Part shown: positions 25,766 to 38,015 of the stretch, in pieces
How positions within the stretch are numbered: the first letter of the stretch is position 1
Layout of the letters: each line of letters opens with the position of its first letter
Assembly: GCF_018977255.1 (NCBI RefSeq)
Contig: NW_024704742.1
Span: 54,934,001 to 54,998,000 of the forward strand
DNA: 64,000 bases
Direction of reading: 5' to 3'
Origin: Callorhinchus milii
Taxonomy: Eukaryota
Position numbers and translations under genes: made by a program
The notes under the pieces: generated by a model
The model's input: the letters and a program-made list of their open reading frames with translations, nothing else
Databases searched by the model: none
Told to the model about the DNA's origin: nothing

Positions 25766-26509
25766 GTAAGTATGATTTCTTTCTGTGTAAAGTGATTGTC
25801 ATTTCACTTTCTGTGAAATAGAAAGTTAATCTTTTTCAATGTAAAGTTAACTTATGTGAATACACTTTCCCAGCCATTGTGCCTTTCTTTGCTCATTTAG
25901 CAAGTGATGGTAATATCCCATTCAAACATTTATCTGTTTACTTCAGATTAAGTGAGTCATTAGATAATCCACACCAGTATGTAATTGAATGAAGCAGTAT
26001 TGTTTACTTGGTAGTCATTTTCACCTTGGAGAAAACGTTAAGGATCCCATGGCACAATTCGAAAAAATGCATCCAGGCCAACAATCCCCCAGATGAAACG
26101 GTTTGCTTGTGGGTCATTGCTGTGCACAAATTGGCTGTAGCATTTTGCTTACAAAATACAGAACTTTGAAAAGTCCCCATAGTTTTGAAAGAGCTAAATC
26201 AAATTTAAGGATTATTGTATCCCACTGACTAAGAGCAATTTAGATCCCTCAACTATAATAATCATCATTATAGCGCTGGTCAGTTTTACAGTGTAAATGG
26301 AATGAGGCCCCATTGACCGTGCGCGTGTGCAGCTGGCCTGAATATGGCTGAATTCCAGCTGACCAGATCGCTGCTGATGTCATTTCCTGTATTCACATCA
26401 GAAATGGCATTTGAAACGACCTTATGACTCAGAAGTAGTAAATTTTAGTGTGAAAGCTATAACCACTGTGCCGGAAGAGAGCTGGCCTGCCTTGTGCATG
26501 TGCCTCCTC

Positions 26510-27230
26510 ATTATAATAATCTATGCATTATTATGGCACCTTATCACGTCATTGAGATATCTCAAAGTGCTTCACAGAATATACTGTAAGGCAGTGTGGT
26601 TCTGTGTATTTTGTAGATGAATGCGGCAGCCGTCTCCACACAGTAATATCCCAAAACAGCATGGAATGACTAACCAATTTTATTTGGAGGATTTGTTGGC
26701 CAGGACACCAGGAGAAACATCCAGATGGACAGGCATATGGGACCTTGGTTTAATGTCTCATCCAAAGCATGGCACTTCCAACAATGCAACATCTCCTCAA
26801 TACTACATTGGAGCATCAACATGGCCAATATGGGTTGCACGTCTGATGTAGGACTTGAAATTCTGACTCAGAGGCAAATAATAATAATAATAATCTTTGC
26901 ATTTGATATAGCGCTTTTCACGTCGGGAGGACGTCCCAAAGCGCTTCACAGAACACACATTGTAAAGTGAATTGACTGTATATTTGTGGGCGAACGCGGC
27001 AGCCAATTGCGCACAGCAATGTCCCACAAACAGTCGTCGATTGAGAATGACCAATTTAATTATTGTTTTTGGTTTTGGAGGGATTATTATTAGGCTCTGT
27101 GTGGAGTAAGGAAACTTGCCCAAGGTTTTGCCCTGCCTGGAATTGAACTCAGGTCTCTCACTTGCAAAGCGAGTGCTCTAACCACTGAGCTACAGGACTC
27201 CGATGTGTTACCAACTGTGACAGGCTAACT
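26510..27230 (-). mobile_element. Older Deu-type SINE with a young full-length tRNA-Ala SINE (26878-27201) nested in its head
   Basis: Young head (minus strand) ggagtcctgtagctcagtggttagagcactcgctttgcaagtgag; older head split between ctgactcagaggc and ttaccaactgtgacaggct. Confidence 0.8.
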
Positions 27231-27441
27231 CACTATAAGGCAGGTTGCAGTTTATGGATCCCCAACTGGTCACCACTGTATATCCATTTTTGATGTAAAC
27301 CATACCTGTCTCAAATATGGCCATCCATTATTATACTGTGCGGGATTCCCTCATTAAAGGAGAAATAATGTTGCATTCTTAAGATTGATGCTTTTTTGCC
27401 TTTATTAGTTTGTAATATTTATAAATGTATTATTTTCTTAG

Positions 27442-27646
27442 CCGTTACAGCAGCCCTGCTGGAATGAATCCTTACCCTCCGCAAGGATATCCATTCATGC
27501 CCCCATATCCAACTCCGGAATCAAGTGTGCCCGGTCTTCCAGATACTGTTTCAGGCCCAGGCTTTAACAGCAGGCCTGCTGCCCCTGCTTATGGGTTGAT
27601 TACAGATTTGCCTTTACCAGTCCCAAAAGCTGACTCATCGCAACAG
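27442..27646 (+). CDS. VPS37A: VPS37A exon 5
   Basis: tag|(Y)RYSSPAGMNPYPPQGYPFMPPYP...PAAPAYGLITDLPLPVPKADSSQQ|gtaggt. Confidence 0.93.
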
Positions 27647-27735
27647 GTAGGTTTGCGTTCTGATTTTAAAAATTGCAACTCTGCTTAAAATAAATTTCAT
27701 AAAATGGTATCTCAAGTTTTAGTCGATTGTTAGTA

Positions 27736-28173
27736 CAGTCGAGCCCTGACCTTGCTAAGTACAGTCAACCATCATTCAGGGGCCTGGACCAAACTGGCTT
27801 CATGTAAGGGTGGCCTCTCAGTAAGGGTCCATTGGTGTGTATAGAAAAATACAGTGCCCATTTGAACCCATAAATCAAACTAGTTTTAATAAAGTAATCA
27901 ATCAATTGCAAATTAAAATTGTTGTTTCCAGGGGCCAAAGATTTATACGGGCTGAAGTGTAGAATCCTAGCGTATGTAAACGTGGCACTGAGCAGCCCAC
28001 AGGACCAGATATGGTTGCTGAAAATGGTGTCAGTCCACTGATGGGACTAAAGAGTGGCAATGGGTTGCGTTAGACAAGTAGTTGCTGGATAGAGATGATT
28101 TATTATGGAAAATCAGTGGACTGTTCCAGGGTAGTTGCTGAATAGAGGTGGTAGCTTTTAACAGGTTTGACTG
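27736..28173. mobile_element. Probable TA-flanked Tc1/pogo(Tigger)-type MITE
   Basis: TA|CAGTCGAGCCCTG ... ACAGGTTTGACTG|TA; subterminal repeat gtagttgctg(g/a)atagag occurs twice. Confidence 0.5.
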
Positions 28174-28530
28174 TAATTTGTTAAAGCTAATTCAGTAATT
28201 CAAGGGAGATTTAGCCATTCTTATCTAGTTTATTTAGGATAAATGTGTCTTTTTGAGTCGCCTATTGAACTGTCCATCTTTTTGCATGCTTGTACAGTAA
28301 ATGTAAAAGCACTAACCTGCAATCACGCCCAGCATAGTGTTGGGAATTTATGGGTCCAATCTACCATGTTAATAAAAGGGTCTTTACTGCACATGGCTGT
28401 ATTTGTCCAAGGTGTACAAATCTTAACATAAGTATAATGAAATAAAATAACTAGTTTGAATTACTATGAACATTTAATAATAATATGAACATTTAATAAT
28501 AATATGAAGATTTAATAATAATATGAACAT

Positions 28531-28806
28531 TTAATAATAATAATCCTTGCATTTGATATAGCGTTTTTCACGTCAGGAGGACGTCCCAAAGCGCTTCACA
28601 GAACACACTGTAAAGTGAATTGACTGTATATTTGTGGGCGAACGCAGCAGCCAATTGCGCACAGCAATGTCCCACAAACAGTCGTAGATTGAAAATGACC
28701 AATTTATTATTGTTTTTGGTTTTGGAGGGATTATTATTAGGAGTGTGGAGTAAGGAAACTTACCCAAGGTTTCGCCGTCTGCCTGGAATTGAACTCAGGT
28801 CTCTCA
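28531..28806 (-). mobile_element. Young SINE (head truncated), preceded by about 4 copies of aatatgaacatttaataat
   Basis: Near-identical to 26878-27160. Confidence 0.88.
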
Positions 28807-29349
28807 GGAATTTAAGTTCAATACTGCACTTGATCGGACAAAAATAGTACTCAACAACCCCAGGTTTGATCTGAATATTGTGATACAATCACAATGTTTG
28901 TCTACAAAAATATACAGTCACTATACAGTAATTCTGATGAAGTGCTTTGATAAGGCAGTGTATCAAATGTAGGGATTAATATTAATTGTGAGTGGACAAA
29001 ACACAAATTAGGAAAACCAAAAGATTACCTGTCCAGACTTGGCCTGCCTCAGTTTTTGAATGAAGCTTATCTTCTACAAATTGCATTCCACTGGACCTTG
29101 GGCTGTTGTTTGGCTCTTTTCGCAATGGAGGAAAAGTTACATGAAATTTGTTTTAAATATAATTCTAAAATGAGCACTGGTGATTTTCCCTGGGTGAATG
29201 ATGAGCATAGCCTTATGTTCTGTGGAGGTTAAACTGCATTTGAAGAATCCGTTTATGCTGATAATAGATGAGTTTCTTAATTTTTTCAGATCAAACTTTT
29301 GTATTTTTATTTTACTTTGTATGTGTTAAGTTCTCTGGGGTTTTTTTAG

Positions 29350-29420
29350 GCAGGTTTGAATGGCCATATTTATAAGATGCCCGATGTCCCTGAGCAATTT
29401 CCAGAGCTGCAAGAACTTGG
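29350..29420 (+). CDS. VPS37A: VPS37A exon 6
   Basis: ttttag|AGLNGHIYKMPDVPEQFPELQEL(G)|gtacag. Confidence 0.92.
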
Positions 29421-29978
29421 GTACAGTATATAGAATTTGATTTATAGTGGAATGACTGGTTTGTGTTGAAATTATTTTGGAAGTGTCCCAATGGAATTAG
29501 GAGTGTTTGTTTTATTTGACTATCCTTGTCTGTGAATACTGTTGAGGCAGCCCTTGGCAAAAATAATACCTCATCTGGGCAGCCCTGGCTCTTCACTGTA
29601 CATTGCTCTGCAAACATGAACACTACTCGATCAGAACTTGGATCAGTATAAATATCCACACATTTTGAATGTCACAAGTCCATAATATACAGACTAGTGA
29701 GCACTTGGAAGGGGGTAGCTAAACCATTAGTAAAAAAAAATTTCAATATACATCTATTTTGTTACAATTCTGAGCTTTAAAATATGTTAGTTATTAATTG
29801 TGCTGTTTCAGAGCTTGTGAAAACTAACATTAATGTTTCAGTGTCAAAAATGCCCCTGATCATAGGACGTTTAGCTTAGAGATTTGATTGAAGTGTTGGG
29901 TAATTTATGCTGTTTTTTTGAAACCTGTGCTTAATTAATTTTGATCTTGTTAATGATCATGTGCTGACTTTTTTATAG

Positions 29979-30106
29979 TACGTCACAATTGTCAGAGTTA
30001 TCGGGAAATGATGATCTGGTACTGGAGCATTTCATGGGTTTGCCACAATTGAAGCAGATTTGTACTGACAAGGATGATCTAGTTAGTTACATTGAAGAGC
30101 TGGCAA
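29979..30106 (+). CDS. VPS37A: VPS37A exon 7
   Basis: tag|TSQLSELSGNDDLVLEHFMGLPQLKQICTDKDDLVSYIEELA|gtaagt. Confidence 0.95.
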
Positions 30107-30191
30107 GTAAGTTATCATGAACTCTTAGATTCTTTACAACTAACATGCGTTTTAACTAAAACTAATTATTTTTGTTTTTTTTCCGAAAAAG

Positions 30192-30250
30192 AGAAAAACC
30201 TGCAACTTGAACCTCGATTGGAAGCAGAAAGACATGAATTGTTGGATAAA
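30192..30250 (+). CDS. VPS37A: VPS37A exon 8
   Basis: aaaag|(K)KNLQLEPRLEAERHELLDK|gtaagg; start fixed by reading phase. Confidence 0.9.
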
Positions 30251-30335
30251 GTAAGGGCCCAATTATTTTATAATTATATTGCATTTTAAAACTATTGTAT
30301 ATGCTGCTTATATGGTTATATATTTTACATTGCAG

Positions 30336-30404
30336 TATGATCAGCTTACCCAACTTAAAGTTGCTTTTGAGAAAAAGATGCAAAGGCAGCATGAGCTGAA
30401 TGAG
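30336..30404 (+). CDS. VPS37A: VPS37A exon 9
   Basis: cag|YDQLTQLKVAFEKKMQRQHELNE|gtaagc. Confidence 0.96.
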
Positions 30405-30940
30405 GTAAGCAGCAGTTTGCATTTTGTTTGTAAACTTTGTAGTTTTCCTTTCAGTAAATTTGAGCCAAACGTTTCTCTGCGGTTCTAGGAATCTCTGACT
30501 TTGTTATGTGTACATTCATAGTATCAGTTTAGTTAGGTGAAAACATCTGGTTTCTTGCATTTACTCACATGGTCTTCACTGACACGCCAGTGCTGGGAGT
30601 ATGATGGATTATCAGTGATACCATCCTTTGGATGAGATTTTAAATCGAGGATCTGTCTGCCTGTTCAGGCGGATGTTTAAAGTCCTTTGGCACTTTTCAG
30701 AAATTGAAGGGAGTTTTCCTGGTGGTGTCCTGGCCAACAATGTCACTCCCTACATTGGTGTTTTGGGACATTACTGTGCAAATTGACTGTCGCAAAATAG
30801 TCACTACAATTACAGTATCTTTAGTGCTCCCTCCTGACACGCAAGGCACTGTATCAAATGTAAGGAATGCTGTTATTCAGCAACCAAACACAAGCTTTAA
30901 AGTAACTTGTGTGACTTTAAAATACATTTTGGGTTCCTAG

Positions 30941-31084
30941 AGTTGCAGCTTAAGTGCCCTGCAGGCCAGGCTGAAAGTAGCAGCTCATCAAGCAGAAGAG
31001 GAATCTGAGGTGATTGCAGAGGAATTTCTTGAAGGCAAGGCCGAAATAGATGATTTTCTCAGCAGCTTCATGGAGAAAAGAACA
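30941..31084 (+). CDS. VPS37A: VPS37A exon 10 (Mod(r)/VPS37 C-terminal domain)
   Basis: tag|SCSLSALQARLKVAAHQAEEESEVIAEEFLEGKAEIDDFLSSFMEKRT|gtatgt. Confidence 0.97.
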
Positions 31085-31662
31085 GTATGTAATAAAAGTA
31101 TCCTCCTTTGATTAAAATTGTGTTGTTCCCTTGATGTAAATGCATTTTTTTATTCTTCCTGGTTCTTTGAGCTTCTGTAAACGTGTATAAGGAATCGAAA
31201 ATGGTGAGAAGGAAAAGTGGAAGATCAACAGTCATTATCTATTAACTAACCATGCTTCTGAACATGGGGGAAGCATGAACACATGACTGATCTTTTTCTC
31301 TTCTATTACATATAAAGGCCAATTCCTTGGTATTGAATCCCACTGCTTGATTTGTTTTATTCACAATAAACCTGTTGTCACAGAAGATTAGTTGTTTTGG
31401 AATGTGCTCGATCTGAATCGGCTTTACCAATGACAGCCAACTTGTGTATCCTGATTGGAAATGCTTTACTGTAACTGACAGCTTTTGTGCTGTCCGCCAA
31501 CAGCAAATTACTTAGCCTTGCTAAGATTCACCAGTTCTTGGAACTACTTTAAACTCTTGAAATTTTAATATTGCTGAATACTGGTGCTGTAGATATGATT
31601 TTTATGAGAATCTTTGCCACATTTAGCCCAAGTAATTTCCACATTTTCCTTTGTGTCTTAAG

Positions 31663-31740
31663 CTTTGCCACTGTAGACGAGCCAAAGAAGAGAAGCTTCA
31701 GAATTTGATGTTACAACATGGACAGTTTCACACACTATAG
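31663..31740 (+). CDS. VPS37A: VPS37A exon 11 (stop codon, immediately followed by a splice donor)
   Basis: aag|LCHCRRAKEEKLQNLMLQHGQFHTL*(TAG)|gtaaga; spliced CDS 1167 nt = 388 aa. Confidence 0.95.
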   Translation, partial: LCHCRRAKEEKLQNLMLQHGQFHTL

Positions 31741-31785
31741 GTAAGAATTTCCCAAATATAATTCCGTTGATTCATTATAACACTA

Positions 31786-32798
31786 ATGACCTTCTCTACC
31801 GCCTCTCCTCTTGCCTTAATCTTCATGGTTCTGTCCTTGACTGGTTCAGATCCTAACTTTCACTTTGTCTCCACAAACAGCTTCTCCTCCAGCCCCTGCA
31901 CCGTCTAATGCGGTATTCCTCAGGGCTTGGTCCTCTCCTCTTCAACCTGTACATGCCCCTCTTGTTGACATCATCCGCAGACATGGGTCATCTACCACAT
32001 GTAGTAACACTCCACTCTATCTCTCTGCCTCCACCCTCAACTCCAGGACCACTGCTGTCCTGACAGAATATCTGTCAGACATCAAGTCCTGGATGAGAGC
32101 TAACTTTCTGCAGTTGAATGTCAACAAGACCGAGGCTCTCCTGATTGGCTCCCGTCAGCACATCCACACCTCACCATCCAGGGATGCAATACTCACTCCA
32201 CTTCACTGAGCCAATCTGGAAACTTAGCATCTTGTTTGACCCTCAACTGACCTTTCTACCCCACATCTCTGCCTTCCCCCACTTCTGCAACATTGCCTGG
32301 CTCCGCCATTGCCTCTCCCCTCAAGCTGCCAAAACCCTCATCCACGCATTTATTACATCTAGCTCGACTATGCCAACTCCCTGCTTGTCGGCCTCTCCAA
32401 CTCTTCCCTCCACAAGCTGCAGACCATCCAGAACTTTGCAGCTTGTGTCCTCTTCTGCACCAGGCTCCATGATCCCCTCACTTCCACCCTCATCTGGTTC
32501 CATGAGTCCCCCATCCCCAGAGGATAGAGTTCAAAGTTCTCACCTTCAAAGCCCTCCATGGCCTTGCTTCAGCCTCTCTGCCCCTACCCTTTGGAACTCC
32601 AGCCCACAGTCCCTTCGCCTTGCTCCTTTGCCTCTTTCAAGGCACGTCTCAAGACCCTCCTCTTCGACCGTGCCTTTGGCCACCCTCCTACCTTCCCTGC
32701 CCTCCACCCCTCCTGATCCCAACCCCCTGCTTTGGTCCAGTGCCTTGGGACATCCTCCTGACATAAAGGGCAATATACAAATGTAGTTTGTTGTTGTT
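31786..32798 (+). mobile_element. Degenerate L2 LINE
   Basis: DIIRRHG and [26 protein letters not shown]; tail gccttgggacatcctcctgac...gttgttgtt. Confidence 0.88.
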
Positions 32799-33637
32799 TA
32801 AGCAGATTGCTTTATGTTTGTGACATGATTGTCAAATGTTTGTACAGCTGTTAACCTAAAGTATCATTTGACCGGTCAAGCTTGTTCCACTATTGCCTAC
32901 AGCAGAGTGGTCCAACCTTTTGGCAGCTGCTGGCCAGATTCCCTATTTGAGAAAGGTCCGTTAGCTGTATATTTTGTTTCCCTTCCAGAAACATAACATG
33001 TTGGAAGAACATTTCAAAGCGCTCAACACTGCCGGCTGGGTACCTGAGCTAGGGATGGGAAGGGGAAAAGATGACTGAAAATGCGGTCAAACAGTTAGAT
33101 CTTGACGTGCCTTGAAAGAGGATGGAGGGAGTGAGTCAGAGTGACTCCAGGAATCGAACTCCAGATAATGGGGGCAAAATGGCAATGGTGGGGCAGCTGG
33201 TGTTTCCTCTGCAATGGGAGTGGCCAGGTCGCAGAGATGGAAATGAAGGAAGTAGAGAAGTTTTTCACTGGGAAAGCGGGAGCTTTCTTTGAGGAATTGG
33301 CACGTCTGCCCTCGGTCGTCCTCACCCCTGGTGGCTGAGAAAGGCTCCGATCATCGGTCCTGATAGTGAACCACAATGCTTTCACTTCTCCTTTTTCTGT
33401 GTTTCTGCTCTCTCTATTTCTCTTTCCTGGCAAAGGACAATTTCAGCACAGACACCAGGATTTCTCTTCACCCTGGGATAATTAATGATTGGAACAGTTT
33501 GCCCCGAAAGAGTGGTTGAGGCCAGGATACTGGACTTGTTTGAAAAAGCATCTTGACCTGTGATTGGAGGACAGACAGTAAGGGGATATTGTGGAGGGAT
33601 GGATTCAGATGAGCTGAAGGGCCTTATTCATCTAGAC

Positions 33638-35626
33638 CAGGGGTGGGCAATTATTTTGGTTGGCGGCCACTTCCCGAGTTTTGGTAAGCTTTGCGGGCCA
33701 CACATTTAAATATAGATGCAAATACTTAATAATAGCTCAAAATTAAGTCTTACACTTGTACATGCATAAAATAAAGCCTATATAATTGACATTCATTAAA
33801 ATTAGGTTAAATTAAAAACAACTCATTGAGCAGACATTTATTCTATTCATTTACTCACATGTTGATGAGAATGTGAGAAACTCACTCAATGGGAAGAATG
33901 AAAGAGCTGATGTGTGTTAACAATTGAAGTCAGGCATCGTCTCCGTTGTTCCGATGCGGAGTACTGCTGCAAGATGGTCATCACTCATCACAGATCTATG
34001 TTTTGATTTATTGAATTTCATCACAGAAAATGACTCCTCGCATATGTATGTTGATCCAAACAGCATAAGCATCCTCCGGGGATGAGCCTTTATTTTGGGG
34101 AAGATATATTCATTAAGAGCGGTGTAAAAACTGGGAAGCGGCACTGATTTGAATTGCTCTGCAAGCAATGGATCACATTGCAGGTCAATAAGCTTGAGGT
34201 GTTCAAATGGAGCTTTATCAACATCAAATGAGAAAGGTGAAGAGACCAAAGACAGGTCATTTTCAATCAAATTGAAATTCTGGAATCGGTGAGAAAATTC
34301 AGCATGTAAGCCAAGTAGTGACAAAGTATACTTATTAAGGCTTTGATCACAAACAGTAATCTTCTGCAAAGGTGGAAAGCACCTGTTTCCTATCTGACTC
34401 AATAAAATAATTTTGTCATAAATGACTTGACACAAATTGTGCACAAAGGCCCCCTTCCGCTGCTGTTTTGAATTCAACAACAACAACAAGATTCCATTTA
34501 TAAAGCGCCTTTCACGTCAGGAGGACGTCCCAAGGCGCTGAATTCAGTTCATTCATGTGGCCCATGATATCAACGGCAAATGCGAAATCAGAGAGCCAAT
34601 TTGCATCATTCAGCTGTGGGAAATCCGAATCTTTTTGGTTCATGCCCAAAAATAAATAAATGTCTGTTCTTAGTTCCCACACTCTTTTCAAGACCTTTCC
34701 TGCACTAAGCCATCTTACATTTGTGTGATACAGAACATCTGTTTGCTCAGATTCCAGTTCCTCAAGCAGAGTTACAAATTGCCAGTGGTTTAATCCTCTT
34801 GCTCGAATGGAGTTGACCACTTTCGTAACTGTGTCCATGACATTGCTTAGTTTTAGAACATTCTTATAGAGGAGCTCTTCATGGATAATGCAGTGTAGAA
34901 AAACAATATTCTGTTCTGGATTTGTTTCTTTGACTTGGTCTTGAATTCTTTTCAGTAACCCAACATTTTTGCCTGTCAGATTTAGGCTTCCATCGGTGGT
35001 CACATTCACCAATTGTTTTCCACTCCACTCCTAATTTTAAGATACACTTATTTACTGCGTCCAAAAAGTCTTCTCCAGTTGTATCTCTCATTGATGCCAA
35101 TTCTTCTGGGAGATCAAAATGTTTGGCGATACCTTGAATAAAAATTATCAACTGAGCTGTGGCTTTGACATCACAACTCTCATCGAGTGCCAGTGAAAAA
35201 CATGCAAAATTGCTTACTTTATTTTGAAACTGTGCACTTTTTTTATTTTTTTATTTATTTTTATTGTTTTACTTTCCACCTGGTTTAAAAAAAATTAAAA
35301 GTCCATTCTTTGTTGAATATTCAGCCTTCAGCATCCACCTTCTGCTTCTTTAATCAACTCATTTTGAATTAACGTCCTCTTCAGTGAAAAGTGTTGCCGG
35401 GCGCGTGTTTGAAAATTTGCCGATCCGTACATTTCTGGCGTCAGCCTGATTCAACACTTTAAGGGAGTGTGCGCACAACTAAGCAGTAATTGGCTGATGT
35501 TCCCGGTCAGACTCAAATGCAAAATTTGTGCGACTTTCTGGGACTGAACAAACTATAATTTTTTCTATTAGACACAATGACAGGCCGGATAGAAGCATTT
35601 GGCGGGCCGGATTTTGCCCACTCCTG
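33638..35626 (-). mobile_element. hAT DNA transposon (Charlie/Buster, GTF2IRD2/ZBED5-like transposase), internally deleted and disabled
   Basis: TIRs CAGGGGTGGGCAA / TTGCCCACTCCTG; 8-bp TSD atctagac (33630-33637) / atctagat (35627-35634); motifs FSLALDES, TTDG, LHCIIH, HTNVRWLS, FGSTYICEESFS. Confidence 0.93.
34477..34538 (-). mobile_element. 62-bp L2 3' tail insertion with 8-bp TSD tgaattca inside the hAT transposase
   Basis: Identical to the L2 end at 2691-2752; tgaattca at 34469-34476 and 34539-34546. Confidence 0.92.
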
Positions 35627-35726
35627 ATCTAGATCAATTTTGTGATGTTTATTTACTTTAAATAATTTTACTAATTTTGGTCTCTGTTATTGCTAAATGC
35701 TAACAACGCTTCTTTTCTCCCATCAG

Positions 35727-36490
35727 CTTTTAAAATGCAAGGGGCGCAAATGGCAATACACCACATTGGAGACAAGTGGAACGAAATAAGAATTACAGAT
35801 GGATGAAAATATATTTAACAAATTCTTATGCAATGCTGACTTTGTGATATTGAAATCGCTCTTTCCAGTATTAATGTACTGCAAAATTGCTAAAGGAATC
35901 TCTTTCCAATTTTAATTTTTGGCATTTTAACCTATGCCATTTGTTATAATACAAAGTGTTTACATTTGTAAGTAACTTTAGTTTTGAATAATTGCTGTAT
36001 TAAACACTGCTTTAATTAATTCAGAATAGTTGATTTGCAATTCATAAAATCTTTTCAATCTTGTTTTATCACTGGTATAATTTATTCAGCTAACGTTTTC
36101 TGTGCTTTGAGTCCCAGCATGTTGAATGGACAGTGTTACAAATAGCAGTTTTAAAGATAATCTGTATAATTTATTTAAAATAGTTAGATACAGTGCAATT
36201 TTTTTCAGATGTTTCACAAAAATGAGTTGGCCTACATGGATATAATTTAGCTACCATTACATGAAATGTAAGAATGTACACATACATCACTTTATTTCTT
36301 TGTCATTAAATGCTACAGGAAATAACATGATGCCACAACAAATTTTCCATTTATAAAGTGTTAAGAGTAAGATGTACAATAAGATTGTCAGGAATGATCA
36401 AAAAACGTGAATATGCCAGCAACATGCATCATCACTGGTAGTCTTCATTTCATAAAAAGATAGGGAAATAAACCCTCAACTATAATATTG
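35727..36490 (+). other. VPS37A: Probable VPS37A non-coding terminal exon (3'UTR); end uncertain
   Basis: Strong acceptor tcttttctcccatcag| downstream of the post-stop donor; AT-rich and repeat-poor; ATTAAA at 36305 and AATAAA at 36467. Confidence 0.55.
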
Positions 36491-37652
36491 GTATGGAAAG
36501 GATGCCAGGACATGTATCTTTACAAAGAGAGCAATCAAAAAGGAAGAGTGGATGAGGCCAGGACACTAGACTCAATTAAGCAATTGTTTGATACTGTAAT
36601 GGGTAGCTGTTAGGATTGGTAACCTGGAAGGATGAGACCAAATTCAGTGAGTAATTGTGTGTTTGCCACAGAGTAAAAGAATCAAAGAAGTACACTGCTC
36701 TGGGGAAGAAAAGCTTTTAAAATTATAGATCAGATGGAAAACAGCAAAATTGTCTATTATAGCTAGAACACTGACTTTATTGAAATTTGTTCTCTCCACT
36801 GTCCCGAATGTAGTTTGACTTTATTCTCCTACTGGTTACACTTTCTCAGTCACCATTCACTCCCTGGTACTTCTGCCAACTGGCTATTTATGTATGAGCT
36901 TTGTCTGAGTGCCAGCAGTCTATCTGACCACAAGACTGGGGGAGATGGGTGAGGATCAGATTAACTTAGTTGCTAGCATTGTGAGCTCAAGTGTGACTTG
37001 AGTTGCAGACCGATGCTTCACTGCATTACTAGGACAGTGCTGTATATTTAGAGTGGCCTTTTCCCTAACAGACATTAATATCAAGGATGTGTCTACCTGT
37101 TGAGATGAAGATTAATGATCCCATTTCAAAATAAAAAAAAATTCTGGTGTCCTGGTCAATCCTTCACTAGTGCATCGTTCACCTCTCGGTGGTTCGTGGG
37201 ACCATTGCTACCGGAAATGACAGCTGTGTTTGCCTACATAAACAATCAATATAGTTGATATTACTTGTGATGTTCTGGATGTTTTAACTACACAAGGTGC
37301 CATATGAATTGTAACAATTATTGTACACCTATCAGACTAGTCATGTCTTCAACAGACATTGACCCCCTAGGTACCTACAGCAGGTTACTGAATGACAATC
37401 AGACACAAGGGCACTGACTATTTTTCCATCCCAAACCTGTGACTTTGGGGCCAATTGCAGCACTGCTCTGATTGAGATCAGTTAACTCAGCAGTTTGTTT
37501 GGGAAAAGTTCTACGTTAAGATCTGACTTACAATTTTAGTAGTGAAATTTTGTGTTCCAAAAATGCACCAATCTCATTACCAAACCAAAGAACACCTTTT
37601 TAAATACAAAGATCTCTTAAAGCAAGGTGATGAGGTCAGTTCCTCTGGAATA

Positions 37653-38015
37653 TCATGCAACAGCAATGGCAGCTTCCTCTGGGTATTCTGCCAGATTCTT
37701 ACTGCTATCTTCACTAGGAAGGGAGTCACCATTTGGTGATCTGCAGCTCAGATCCGCTACACCAGATTCCTGGTCGCTATTGGCAGAAAGATCAGGATCG
37801 GATTGCTTCAGGTCATGGGTTAGAATCACCGGTTGAGAATCATCATCTGTCTGTGAGGCACTTCGAGAGGTGAATATTCTCCCATTGTTGGAGTAGTCTT
37901 GAGGAGTGTTGGCTAACTCTTGATCAGAAGTGGAAATCTCCACTTTGTGTCTGTGACGCAGTATGATTTTTCCCTTTGTAGCATTGATGCAGGATTTATC
38001 CAGACTGGCTAATTT
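37653..38015 (-). CDS. MTMR7: MTMR7 exon 14 (last coding)
   Basis: cag|KLASLDK...ANTPQDYS...SDPDLSANSDQESGVADLSCRSP...AAIAVA*; the SDPDLSANSDQESG segment is MTMR7-specific. Confidence 0.95.
   Translation of the reverse strand, partial: KLASLDKSCINATKGKIILRHRHKVEISTSDQELANTPQDYSNNGRIFTSRSASQTDDDSQPVILTHDLKQSDPDLSANSDQESGVADLSCRSPNGDSLPSEDSSKNLAEYPEEAAIAVA

Noticed and set aside
32901..32950. Possible lone hAT terminus (cagagtggtccaaccttttgg)
   Set aside because: No matching second end or TSD found
33917..35151. Domesticated hAT gene (ZBED5/GTF2IRD2-like)
   Set aside because: TIRs and TSD are still present, with stops, a deletion, a frameshift and an L2 insertion; a dead transposon
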